Part shown: piece after piece, positions 1 to 14,659 of the stretch
Layout of the letters: the number at the start of each line of letters is the position of its first letter
How positions within the stretch are numbered: the stretch's first letter is position 1
Assembly: GCF_009914755.1 (NCBI RefSeq)
Contig: NC_060945.1
Direction: 5' to 3' (one strand)
Length of the DNA stretch: 64,000 bases
Origin: the human T2T-CHM13v2.0 reference genome, Homo sapiens
Position numbers and translations under genes: made by a program
The notes under the pieces: model-generated
What the model was told of the DNA's origin: nothing
Database searches by the model: none
The model's input: the letters and a program-made list of their open reading frames with translations, nothing else

Positions 1-399
1 TTCTAATTTTCTTGATTATATCTTCCCTAATGGATTCAGTGACCTAGTCCAGGGTCCTCAATGATGTCCAGGAGAGTTTTACCAGTAGCAGACCTGAGAC
101 ATAGATTCCAGTGAAAGTTACAAATTAAGGAAGTATACCCTGAAGAAAGCATTAAATGTATCAAAAAAACAAAATGGAAAATAGTAAGAACAAGCTAGAG
201 TGGGAATTTTCTAGGAAGGATCGCACATTCACTCTGATCTTGCTGGACGATCTAGAGTCCAAATTATACCCAATTGTCTCTCCTTGAGTCAAAGGAGTTG
301 GATAGGGCCAAATCTCTAATAGTCATAGGTGCCACCTCTGAGCAGCAAAACGAACAAGACCTGGGGGATGAGTACAGAGAGTTGGTAAAGAGATCTGAA

Positions 400-554
400 T
401 TAGCTGGGTGTGATGGCACGTGCCTGTAATCCCAGCTTGGGAGGCTGAGGCAGGAGAATCGCTTGAACCTGGGAGGTGGAGGTGGTGGTGAGCCGAGATT
501 GCGCCCCTGCACCCCAGCCTGGGCAACAGAGAGAGACTCGGTCTCAAAAAAAAA
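400..554 (+). mobile_element. 5'-truncated Alu (right arm only) with 13-bp TSD
   Basis: Alu right-monomer sequence ending GTCTC-A9; AAAGAGATCTGAA at 387-399 and 552-564. Confidence 0.95.
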
Positions 555-907
555 GAGATCTGAAGGGGGATTTGAGTGACTTACAGTAGTGTCAGCGCCA
601 GGGCCTGATATAACTGATATACTCTTTGTACCTATCAAGTGGTCCCATTTATAAATAAAGGGGGAAAAACTTTTTGGGATAGTTGCAAAATAAACATTCT
701 AGATAATCAAATGTCCCGGTTAGTTATTAATATTTCAAAGGTCTTAAAATAAACTGACACTATAAAATACTGGGAAGTGCCACTGCACTATTATATTTAA
801 TATTATTATAATGTTGTTGCTATAAATAGTGCAAGAAAATAGTTTTCTTATATTTAAAACTGAAAAATCAGATGAATCTTAACTGTATCAGCATAACCCA
901 GCAAAAG

Positions 908-1042
908 ACGGGCACAGTGGCAAGCACCTGTAGTCCCAGCTACTCTGGAGGCTGAGGTGGGATGATTGGGTGAGCCCAGAAGTTTGAGACCAGCTTGGGC
1001 AACATAGCAAGACTCCATCTCAAAAAAACAAAAACAAAAACA
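908..1042 (+). mobile_element. FLAM-type free Alu monomer
   Basis: single monomer GGGCACAGTGGC...GAGACCAGC...CCATCTC followed by an A-rich tail. Confidence 0.85.
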
Positions 1043-1274
1043 CAATACACAAAATTATATTGGCATATGTTTTGGGTCCTTTACTAATAAGTATGACAAT
1101 ATGATATCAGAGGAATACCACTCCACATTGTGTGATTTTTCTAGGTTAAAAAGTAGAATGTAGTAACAGAGTTACTTATTGACATCAAGATGTCAGTGAA
1201 CACAAGGAGAAAAAAAGTTTAAGCAATGGTCTCATCTGACAGTCATGAAAATAGCATAATGGGTAAAAGTTAGG

Positions 1275-1450
1275 AAGTGGTGTTAGATCTGGTGGTTCCA
1301 AATCTTGTGCTGCCACTTACTAGCTAGCTGTGTGACCCTAGACAAGCTAATTCACCTCTAGATGCTTCAGTCTTGTCATCTCTAATTTTGGGATAAACTC
1401 TAACTCCTAAATATAGTTGTTATGAATATTAAATAATTTAATATAGGTAT
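1275..1450 (+). mobile_element. MIR
   Basis: MIR core-like GCCACTTACTAGC..TGTGTGACCCTAGACAAG..CTTCAGT. Confidence 0.75.
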
Positions 1451-1564
1451 AGTGATCAGAAAAGAGTCTATCAGATAGGACAATTTTTAGCTGTTATTAT
1501 TTTTACTATTATAAGAAACATTGCTAGGCAAAAAACTAAAATTCAAAATGATTTATTCTCATAG

Positions 1565-1791
1565 CAAAAGTCAGCAAACTTTTCCTCTAAAAGGCCAAAC
1601 CATAAATAAATGTTGATTTTGCTGGCCATATGCGCTTTGTCACAATTATTCGACTTTGCTCTTGTAGCTTCTAAACACTCAAAAATAATATATAAAAGAA
1701 TGGGCGTAGCTGTGTCTCTAAAACAAGCATCATATCCAAACACAAGCAGCAGGCTGGAATCAGCCCATGAGTTGCAGTTCCTTGAATCCTG
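1565..1791. mobile_element. MER58A-like hAT DNA transposon fossil
   Basis: GCAAACTTTTC..AAAGGCCA..GAATGGGCGTAGCTGTGT..CCTG resembles the MER58A consensus along its length. Confidence 0.75.
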
Positions 1792-2727
1792 TCATAAAGT
1801 AACAACTAAAAATTCTTTTTTTTAACCAAAAATAAAATTAAAGAGATTCTGTCTCATTTTATAAATATCATAAATATTTTATGAATATACCAAAGACAAT
1901 CTACTTGATGAATGTCCACCTGAACAATTTATTAATTGTATTCAAGGGAAATCAATTTGAGATTTGACTCAGGAGAGAAAATCAATTGCAAAACTCAAAG
2001 AGAACATACTGGCCCTGGTTCAGGAACAGCAAAGATATAAAATATCTGGGACACCAAACACTGAATATTTTTATTAAGATGGTACATGGCCCATAGGCAA
2101 CATGCCAAGAGAAGCCAACAATAAAATAATCTTTTCCCAATTACAAGATTGAATTGACATTACACTACTTGGTTTAATTGAAAGTCCAATACAATGAGGA
2201 GTGTTATCTTCTTGGATGTTATTATTGCAATAGATAAACGACCTAATCTCAAAGATTTCTAAAATAGCAGAGGATAAAACTTTAAACAGCCTAAAGATGT
2301 TAAAAGAAAAAGTTAAAAAAAAAAAAAACCAACGCTATGTCAGACTTTATATAGAGTATATTTGCTACATGTACATTTGCTACATGTATCATTTGAAACA
2401 CCAAACAGAAATAAGACTTTTTAAAGACTTTTTTTCTGAAATGATTTAAAATCTGTCTACTTTTGCTTACAACTATACTTATATAGTTTATTTTTCACAG
2501 CACTCATTAAACTGACAAAAATGCATACGCACATGCATGTATACACTTACAGATGACCAAAGAGATTAAGTACAACTGGATATATATATATATATATGAT
2601 ACATGCAATGAAATCTGAAGGACACAAATGTAGCTCTAATAACAATTTTATCCTTCATTCACTATGGAATATTGTTTTATCCAAAAGTGACAAACGAAAA
2701 GGTCTTTAAAAATTGTTTTTATTATTT

Positions 2728-3076
<349 letters not shown>

Positions 3077-3945
3077 TAAGCACTTTAATTAGAATAATTT
3101 TATATGATTAGTTACTATGTTGGTGGTTGTATTTTTTTGTTATAATTTTTCATTTTGCTCTTCCTGCTTCTTTTTTCATTGGTAACACCATCTATTTTCA
3201 CCCATTTTATGTCCTAATAAGAAAGGTAAATGAAATATTATAAGCAGTTTTTGTATTTAACGTAAAATAATGCATCTGTAATTTTGTAGAATTCAGTCCA
3301 CATTTATTGTAATAACTGATACATGATTTATTTTTCAATTTTTTTCTGTTTTTTTTCATTTTTCTTTTTCCAATTATTTTCTGGAAGCATCAGGGTGCTA
3401 TTAAATCTCTTTTCTTCTTTTTTTATGCATATTTATGGAGATTTTCTTTAATTATTAATCTGTTAAAGTTTACTTTTCCTTTCCTGGTATTCATATTCAA
3501 ATCTATTTTCTCAACTATTATGTGAAGACAAGGTAATTATTTCCCCCTCCAAGGCACTCTCTTCTTCCAATGATTTCTTTAAAATAATTTCACTTCCACA
3601 CATCTCTCCCACCCTCACGAGATTATGCCTCTTCTCAGTCTTTAATATTAGGTCACATTGTAATAATTAATATTTTGAGTCCTTGTTTATTACAAAGATT
3701 TACTTTGAAACGCGTCTCTTGTTGCATCTTTTTAAAGGATTCATGCTAATTTTTGGAAGTCTGTTATTTTGTATATAGATCTATTACACATATACAGCAA
3801 GGCCTGTGCTCATTGTTTTCTTCCCTCTTAATTTTTCCTGTTTTGAATCTGCAGTTCCGATTCACTTACCATTTACTATGGCTTTTTTCTTTAGCATTCC
3901 CTAATTCGGAGGCTGCAAGTAATCCTTGTGGAAGTCTTTCATTTA

Positions 3946-4100
3946 TTTTATTTTATTTTATTTTATTTTATTTTATCTTATCTTATTTTATTTTATTTTA
4001 TTTTATTTTATTTTATTTTATTTTATTTTATTTTATTTTATTTTATTTTATTTTATTTTATTTTATTTTATGTTATTTTATTTTATTTTATTTTATTTTA
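3946..4100. repeat. (TTTTA)6(TCTTA)2(TTTTA)17(TGTTA)(TTTTA)5 pentanucleotide STR, Alu tail
   Basis: direct count of 31 pentamers abutting the Alu 3' end. Confidence 0.97.
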
Positions 4101-4390
4101 TTTTGAGACGGAGTCCCACTCTGTAGTCCAGATTGGAGCGCAATGTCGCAATCTCGGCTCACTGCAACCTCTGACTCCCGGGTTCCAGTCACTCTCCTGC
4201 CTCAGCCTCCCGAGTATCTGGGATAACAGGCGCCCGCCATCACGCCCAGCTAATTTTTGTATTTTTAGTAGAAATGGGGTTTCGCCATCTTGGCCAGGCT
4301 GGTCTGGAGCTTCTGACCTCAGGTGATCTGCCTGCCACGGCCTCCCAAAGTGCTAGAGATTATTACAGGCATGAGCCACCGTGCCCGGCC
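4101..4390 (-). mobile_element. AluS
   Basis: full reverse dimer. Confidence 0.95.
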
Positions 4391-4824
4391 TGTTTCTCTT
4401 ACTTTAAAGATGACTAATTTATTAGTTTTTAAGAGATTCTTGAGTTGTACTCCTTTGCATGTAAACTATTAATATTATTTTAGCATATTCTGGCTTTCAA
4501 ATATGCAATTGAATATTTAATGTAAATCTGAGTACATCTTTATTATTCCCATTCCTTGTTTTTCTATATGAACGCTTACGTGTTTTCTCTTTATCTTTGC
4601 AGTTTGGGAATTTACCAGGGCTTGCTTTTTCTGTTACTTGTTGGGTTTTGTCCAGTTTAAGGAGCTTTCTTTCCCCCTGGCCCTTACACTTCCTGCGTAT
4701 TAAGGATTATAGTCATGTTACTGAACACCCTTATTGTTTTCCTCCTGATTTCAATTTCTTCTAAGCTTTGTTTCTTGAGGGTTTTTTTGAAAATTTTTCG
4801 CATATAATCTATTTTAAAATAAAC

Positions 4825-7750
<2,926 letters not shown>

Positions 7751-8025
7751 ACACCTTGATATTTCTCAACAGTAATTAAGTCAGATATAATTACATATTT
7801 GTGAACCATTGTTATTGCCATTGATATAACTTATGTAAAACTTACAGGTATATAAAGACGCATAAAGGAAAGGCAAAAGCACTGATGATTGAGCCCATTT
7901 CAAAGTCTGTCAGAAATTTTTCCTATAGTTTATTTCAGAAGCTAATATTCTTCCCTTTCTCAATACTTGTGATGGACAATTCCTCTTTTTTGTCTGTTCC
8001 ATGTTGACAGCAACTAGATGCAGTA

Positions 8026-8379
8026 TGTATTTGTTTGTTCTCACACTGATAACAAAGACATACCCGAGACTGGGTAATTTTAAAGGAAAGGAATTTAATT
8101 GACTCACAGTTCAGCATGGCTGTGGAGGCCCAGGAAACTTACAATCATAGCAGAAGGGAACGCAAACATGGTAGCAGCAAGGAGGAATGCAAAGCAAAAG
8201 AGGGAAAAACCCCTTATTAAACCAACTGATCTCATGAGAACTCACTCTCATAAGAAAAGAAGCATGGGGACAACCACCTTCATGATTCAATTACCTCTTA
8301 TCAGGTCTCTCTCATGACACGTGGGTATTATGGGAACTACAAGATGAGATTTGGGTGGGGACACAGCCAAACCATATCA
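8026..8379 (-). mobile_element. THE1C-like solo LTR (ERVL-MaLR)
   Basis: TGTATT...GGGGACACAGCCAAACCATATCA termini. Confidence 0.9.
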
Positions 8380-8773
8380 TAGTGCATCTTCGGTATTTCC
8401 ATTCCTGGAAGTGGGAGTGTAAACTCTGCCTGTGGAAGCATAAGGGTTCAGTGATCATATTTAACATCTTGATGAAACTGCAGAAGGAAGACACAATAGC
8501 TCATCATGGCCATAATCTTTAGGATTAAGGACAAGAAAGATTTAGCCAGGCTAGTTAAGTGCTTATCGAATTTTTGCTTAAAAAAGTGGACTAGCTACTC
8601 TCTTATGGGATCTTATCCTAAAAGATAAAATTCTGTAATGGATTCTAGCATATTAGAATTCTAGTAGAATCTGATATCTCACTTGAACCCCAAAATTTAC
8701 CTGTTGCAACTTTTGCTTATTTGTAAAGAAGTAGGTATATGTGTTAGATTTGGGAAAAAAAAGGAACCCTGCC

Positions 8774-9144
8774 TGTATTAATCCATTCTCATGCTGCCAT
8801 TAAAGATACACCCAAGTCTGGGTAATTTCTAAAGAAAAGAGGTTTAATTGACTCACAGTTCAACATGGCTGGAGGGGCCTCAGGAAACTTACAATCATGG
8901 CAGAAGGGGAAGCAAATATGTCCTTTTCCACATGGTGGCAGGAAGAAGTGTCAAGCAAAGGGTGAAATGCTCCATGTAAAACCACCAGATCTCATGAGAA
9001 CTCACTCACTATCATGAGAACAGCATGGTTATAACCACCCAGTAATTTAATTATCTCCCACTAAGTGCCTTCCATGACACTTAAGGATTATGGGAACTAC
9101 AATTCTAGATGAGATTTAGGGGGAGACATAGCCAAACCACGTCA
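8774..9144 (-). mobile_element. THE1C-like solo LTR
   Basis: THE1 LTR termini; perfect 5-bp TSD CTGCC (8769-8773, 9145-9149). Confidence 0.9.
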
Positions 9145-9319
9145 CTGCCCAACTCAAGCTACCATCTTCCCATGTGTTCTGTCTGGTAATAGTGATTACA
9201 ACAGAGATGATCCTGAATTCAATGGGCTTTATGCTCCCCATGGTCATGCTATTTTGAATGCTAGTATAGTTTTCAAAACAGATGAAATTAGATAAATTAA
9301 GCACCAGAAAATAAATTTT

Positions 9320-9685
9320 CTTATATTATTATACTTTAAGTTCTAGGGTACATGTGCACAACATGCAGATTTGTTACATATGTACCCATGTGCCATGTTG
9401 GTGTGCTGCACCTATTAACTTGTCATTTACATTAGGTATAACTCCTAATTCTATCCCTCCCCCCTCCCCCAACAGCACAACAGGCCCTGGTTTGTGATGT
9501 TCCCCTTCCTGTGTCCAAGTGTTCTCATTGTTTAATTCCCACCTATGAGTGAGAACATGCAGTGTTTGGTTTTCTGTCCCTGCGATAGTTTGCTGAGAAT
9601 GATGGTTTCCAGTTTCATCCATGTCCTTACAAGGGACATGAACTCATCCTTTTTTATGGCTGCATAGTATTCCATGGTGTATATG
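9320..9685 (-). mobile_element. L1PA 3' end, 5'-truncated
   Basis: TTATACTTTAAGTTCTAGGGTACATGTGCACAAC 3' UTR signature. Confidence 0.92.
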
Positions 9686-10889
9686 AGGCACTAGAAAAAT
9701 TCTTGGACAAAATTTTATAATGTAACTTCCATAAATGGTATAGAGTTTAGGTAACTAGTTCTTTAGGCACACAGGCTGTTTATGATATGGTAGTTAAAAT
9801 AATTTGCATAACATTGACTATTTTCTATGACTTCTGATTAAAATAAAATAGGTGAAGTAAGACTATTTTCATGACAAGTGGGAAAAGCAAACATGCTTCA
9901 TTGACATTTCATTAACATAATGATTGTTCTCACTCATTCATTAGTTTGTAATTCGAAGTATAAAATAGCAAATACTCTCTAAGCATAAAATGATGGCTGT
10001 GTCATCAAGCATAGAGAAACAATAAGTTTATTGCCTCTAAGTTAAAAAAGCATATTGTTTATGTTTTTAGAAATAGAATTCAAAATATTTAAGGTCTGTA
10101 GTCTTAGAGGATTTAAGACTCTCACATGATATTTAAAGAAAGGAAATACAATCTCATTTAAGAAAAAATACCTTCAACATTTTGAGGCATGTGATTCAGA
10201 AAACAATACCAAGTCTTTCTTTAGTACTCCCATATTAGAGTTGGGCATTTGAAAAATGTATCCATCTATCCACTGTATCATTGATTTTAGAGGTGATTTG
10301 TCACTCTGCAAGGGGTCTTCTCTTGAGTTTGACAGCTTTTGATGAAAATCTGAAATTAGAGAAGAATTACCTGAGCAGAGACAGATGAGCCAAATGACAT
10401 GAGGCACTGAAGATAAGTACCCCAGTCTTGTTCTCAGATTGATGATTTATTTATCAGAATGCACTGGGGAAAGTAAAGTTTATCACAAGTGATTGAGGAA
10501 ACAAGCAAAAAAGATAAAAGACAATAAATAAATAGTGTAAATTGAACACGTTACTCCTGAAATGTCCACTAATACTTAAACAAGATGGAGAAGAAGAACA
10601 ACATTATGAACACACATACAATCACACACACACACATAACAACAACAACAGCACATTATAAGCCATTCTAATGAGAACAAAACAGAATATTTAAGTGTTT
10701 GGTGAAATTGTAGGGTAGACAATAGGTGAAGTGACATGAAATTTGTTAATGAGAAAATAGCTTATTCTGCTAGCAACAAAATAGGGAGCATCCTCTACAG
10801 CACAAATTATTCTCATCAAATTTTAGTAACTTTTAAGTTTAAGTTATGGAAATTATAGATCAAAACCAATAGAAACTACATAGTCGATA

Positions 10890-11100
10890 TTTTACTTCAT
10901 TTGGGCTGCTATAACCAAATACCATAAGCTGTCTGGATTATAAACAACAGAAATGTATTTTTCACAGTTCAGGTGACTGGTAAGTCCAAGATTAAGGTGC
11001 CAGCACATTTGGTATCTAGTGAGTGTATGCTTCCTAATAAATAGCTGTCTTCTCACTGTGTCCTCACATGGTGAAGGGAGCAAAGAAGCACTCTGGGATC
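10890..11100 (-). mobile_element. MLT1A-type LTR, truncated
   Basis: GGGCTGCTATAACCAAATACCA...GTGTCCTCACATGG; stops abruptly at L1 sequence. Confidence 0.8.
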
Positions 11101-11105
11101 TTTGG

Positions 11106-11322
11106 TGTTGAATTTTATTGAAAACTTTTTCTGCATCTATTGAGATGATCATATGGTTTATGTTTTTTAACACTGTTTACATAGTAAATCACATTTATTG
11201 ATTTTATGTGTGTGTGCATGATGAATCAACCTTGCATTCCAGGAATAAAGCCTGCTTGATTGTGGTGAATTAACTTTTTGATGTGCTGCTGAATTCAGTT
11301 TGCTAGTATTTTGTTGAGAAAT
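11106..11322 (-). repeat. out-of-order copy of the L1 ORF2 segment found at 14333-14553
   Basis: direct similarity between the two segments. Confidence 0.8.
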
Positions 11323-11526
11323 AATAACCATTCTGAGATGTGGAGAGATGGTATCTCATTGTGATTTTAAGCATTAGTGATACGAGCTTTTTTTTGTATA
11401 TTTGTTGGCCACTTGTATGAATTCTTTTGAGAAATATCTGTTCATGTCCTTTGCATACTTTTTAATGGGGTTGTTTTTTGCTTATTGAGCTGTTTACATT
11501 TCTTATAGATTTTGAGCATTAGACCT

Positions 11527-13052
11527 TGTATTAGTCAGTTTTCATGCTGCTGATAAAGACGTAACTGAGACTGGGAAGAAAGACAGGTTTAAATGCACTT
11601 ACAGTTCCATGTGGCTGGGGAGACCTCAGAATCATGGTGGGAGGCAAAAGGCACTTCTTACATGGTGGCAGCAAGAGAAAATGAGGGAGAAGCAAAAGCA
11701 GTAACCCTGATGAACCCATCATATCTTGTGAGACTTATTCACTATCATGAGAGTAGCATGGGAAAGACCAGCCCCTATGACTCAAGTGCCTCCCCCTGGG
11801 TCCCTCCCACAATATGTGGGAATTCTGGGAGATAAAATTCAAGTTGAGATTTGGGTGGGGACACAGCCAAACCATATCATTCTGCCCCTGGCCCCTCCAA
11901 ATCTCAAGTCCTCACATTTCAAAACCAATCATGCCTCCCCAACTGTCCCCCAAAGTCTTAACTCATTTCAGCATTAACCCAAAAGTCCACAGTCCAGAGT
12001 CTCATCTGAAACAAGGTAAGTCCCTTCTACCTATGAGCCCGTAAAATCAAAAACAAAGCTAGTTACTTTCTATATACAATGCGGGTACAGGTGTTGGGTA
12101 AATGCAGCAGTTCCAAATGGGAGAAATTGGCCAAAACAAAAGGGTTACTTATGAAAATTTCTGCAGCTGCCTTGAATTTCTCCCCAGAATATGGATTTTT
12201 CTTTTCTATCACATATTCAGGCTGCATATTTTCCAAACTCTTATGCTCTGCTTCTCCTATAAAACTAAATGCCTTTAACAGTACCCGAGATACCTCTTGA
12301 ATGCTTTGCTGCTTAGAAATTTCTTCTGCCAGATACTCTAAATCATCTTTCTCAAGTTCAAAGTTCAACAAATCTCTAGAGCAGGGACAAAATGCCACCA
12401 GTCTCTTTGCTAAAACATAACAAGAGTCACCTTTACTCCAGTTTCCAAGAAGTTCTTCATCTCCATCTGAGTCCGCCTCAGCCTGGACCTTACTGTCCAT
12501 ATCGCTATCAGCATTTTTGGCAGAACCATTCAACAAGTCTCTAGGAAGTTCCAAATTTTCCCATATTTTCCTGTCATCTTCTGAGCCCTCCAAACTGTTC
12601 CAACCTCTGCCTGTTACCCAGTTCCAAAGTTGCTTCCACATTTTTGGGTATCTTTTCAGCAATGACCCACTCTACTGGTACCAATCTACTGTATTAGTCC
12701 ATTTTCACACTGCTGATAAACACATACCTGGGAGTGGGAAGAAAAAGAGGTTTAATTGGACTTACAGTTCCACATGGCTGGGGAAACCTCAGAATCACAG
12801 CAGGAGGCGAAACGCACTACTAGCATGGTGGCAGCAAGAGAAAATGAGGAAGAAGCAAAAGCAGAAATCCCTGATAAACCCATCAGATTTCGTGAGACTT
12901 ATTCACTATCACAAGAGTAGCACAGAAAAGTCTGGAAAAACTGGCCACCATGATTTAATTACCTCCCCCTGGGTTCCTTTCACAACATGTGGGAACTCTG
13001 GGAGATACAATTCAAGTTGAGATTTGGGTGGCGACACAGTCAATCCATATCA
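11527..13052 (-). mobile_element. THE1A provirus 1, internally deleted (LTRs 11527-11879 and 12690-13052)
   Basis: two LTRs plus THE1 internal region; TSD GACCT/GACTT. Confidence 0.93.
12063..12641 (-). pseudogene. THE1/MaLR internal ORF remnant, 192 aa from the first ATG
   Basis: MWKQLWNWVTGRGWNSLEGSE..LPRDLLNG..SDGDEEL; homologous to ORFs 16139-16531 and 24653-24970. Confidence 0.8.
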
Positions 13053-14410
13053 GACTTTTGTTAGATATGTAGTTTGTGAATCTTTTCTCCCATTCTGTAG
13101 GTTGTCTGTTTGTTGATAGTTTCTTTTGCTGGTCAAAAACTCCAGTTTTATTAGATCCCGCTTGTCAAATTTTGTTTTGGCTGCAATTGCTTTTAAGGAC
13201 TTAGCCATAAATTATTTGCAAAGGCCAATGTCCAGAAGGGTATTTCTTAAGTTTTCTTTTAGGATTTTGATTGCTTTGGGTCTTACATTTAAGTCTTGAA
13301 TCCATCATGCATTAATTTTTAAATATAGTGATAGATGTGGGTCTAATTTCATTCTGCATGTGACTAGCCAGTTATTCCAGCCCTACTTACTGAATAGAAA
13401 GTCTTTTCCACATTGCTTATTTTTGTCAACTTTGTCAAAGATGAGATGGCTGTAGGCATGTGGGTTTATTTCAGGGTACTCTATTCTCTTCCTTTGGTCT
13501 ACATTTCTGTTGTTGCATCAGGACCTTGCTGTTTGGGTTATTGTGGCCTTGTAGCATAGTTTGAAGTTGGGTAATATGATGCCTCCAGGTAGGTTATATT
13601 TGCTTAGAATTATTTTGACTATTTGGACTCTTTTTCAATTCCATATGAATTTTAGAATAGCTTTTTCCAATTCTGTGAAAAATGATAGTAGTAGTTTGAT
13701 GAGAAAAACATTAAATCTCTACATTCCTTTGGGCAGTATGGCCATTTTAACAATATTGGTTCTTCCAATCCATGAGGATGGAATATTTTTCCATTTCTTT
13801 GTGTCATCTCTGATTCCTTTTAGAAGTGTTTTGTAGATCTCTTCGTAGAGATATTTCAGGTCTTTGGTTAGGTTTTCTTTTTCTGTATAACTATAGTAAA
13901 TAATATTAAGTTCTTGATTTGGCTCTAAGCTTGAACATTATTTGTGTATAGAAATGCTACTGATTTTTAACATTGATTCGGTATCCTGACACTTCACTGA
14001 AGTTACTTGTCAGTTCAGATAGTCTTTTAACAGAGTCTTCAGGGTGTTCTGAGTATAGAATCATATCATCAGTGAAGTGAGATAATTTGACTTCTTTTTC
14101 ATTTTGATGCCTTTTTATCTTGCTTGATTGCTCTTGCTAGAAATTCCAGTACTATGTTGAATAAAAGTGGCGAGAGTGGGCATCCTTATCTTGTTCCAGT
14201 TCTTAATGGGAATGCTTTCAGATTTTGCCCATTCAGTATGATGTTGGCTGGTCATTTTATCATACAGCTCTTATTAGTTTGAGGTATGTTCCTTCAATGC
14301 CTAATTTGTTGAGGTTTTTTATTATGAAGAGATGTTGAACTTCACTGAAAACTTTTTCTGCATCTATTGAGAAGATTATATGGTTTTTGTTTTTTAACAC
14401 TGTTTATGTG

Positions 14411-14415
<5 letters not shown>

Positions 14416-14451
<36 letters not shown>
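14416..14451. repeat. (TG)18 microsatellite inside L1
   Basis: direct observation. Confidence 0.95.
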
Positions 14452-14455
<4 letters not shown>

Positions 14456-14659
14456 TTGAACCAACCTTGAATCCCAGGAATAAAACCTTGATTGTGGTGA
14501 ATTGAATGTTGATGTGCTGCTGCATTCAGCTTGCTAGTATTTTGTTGAGAAATTTTCATCAGAAATATTAGCCTGTCGTTTTCTTTTTTTGTTGTGTCTT
14601 TGCCAGGTTTTGGTATCAGGCTGATGCTTGCTTTGTAGAATGAATTAGGTAGGAGTCCC

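Noticed and set aside
784-833. AT-rich inverted repeat TGCACTATT/AATAGTGCA
   Set aside because: A 9-bp stem in very AT-rich DNA is expected by chance
3753-4326. ORFs with ILFYF repeats
   Set aside because: Translations of the TTTTA tract and the adjacent Alu
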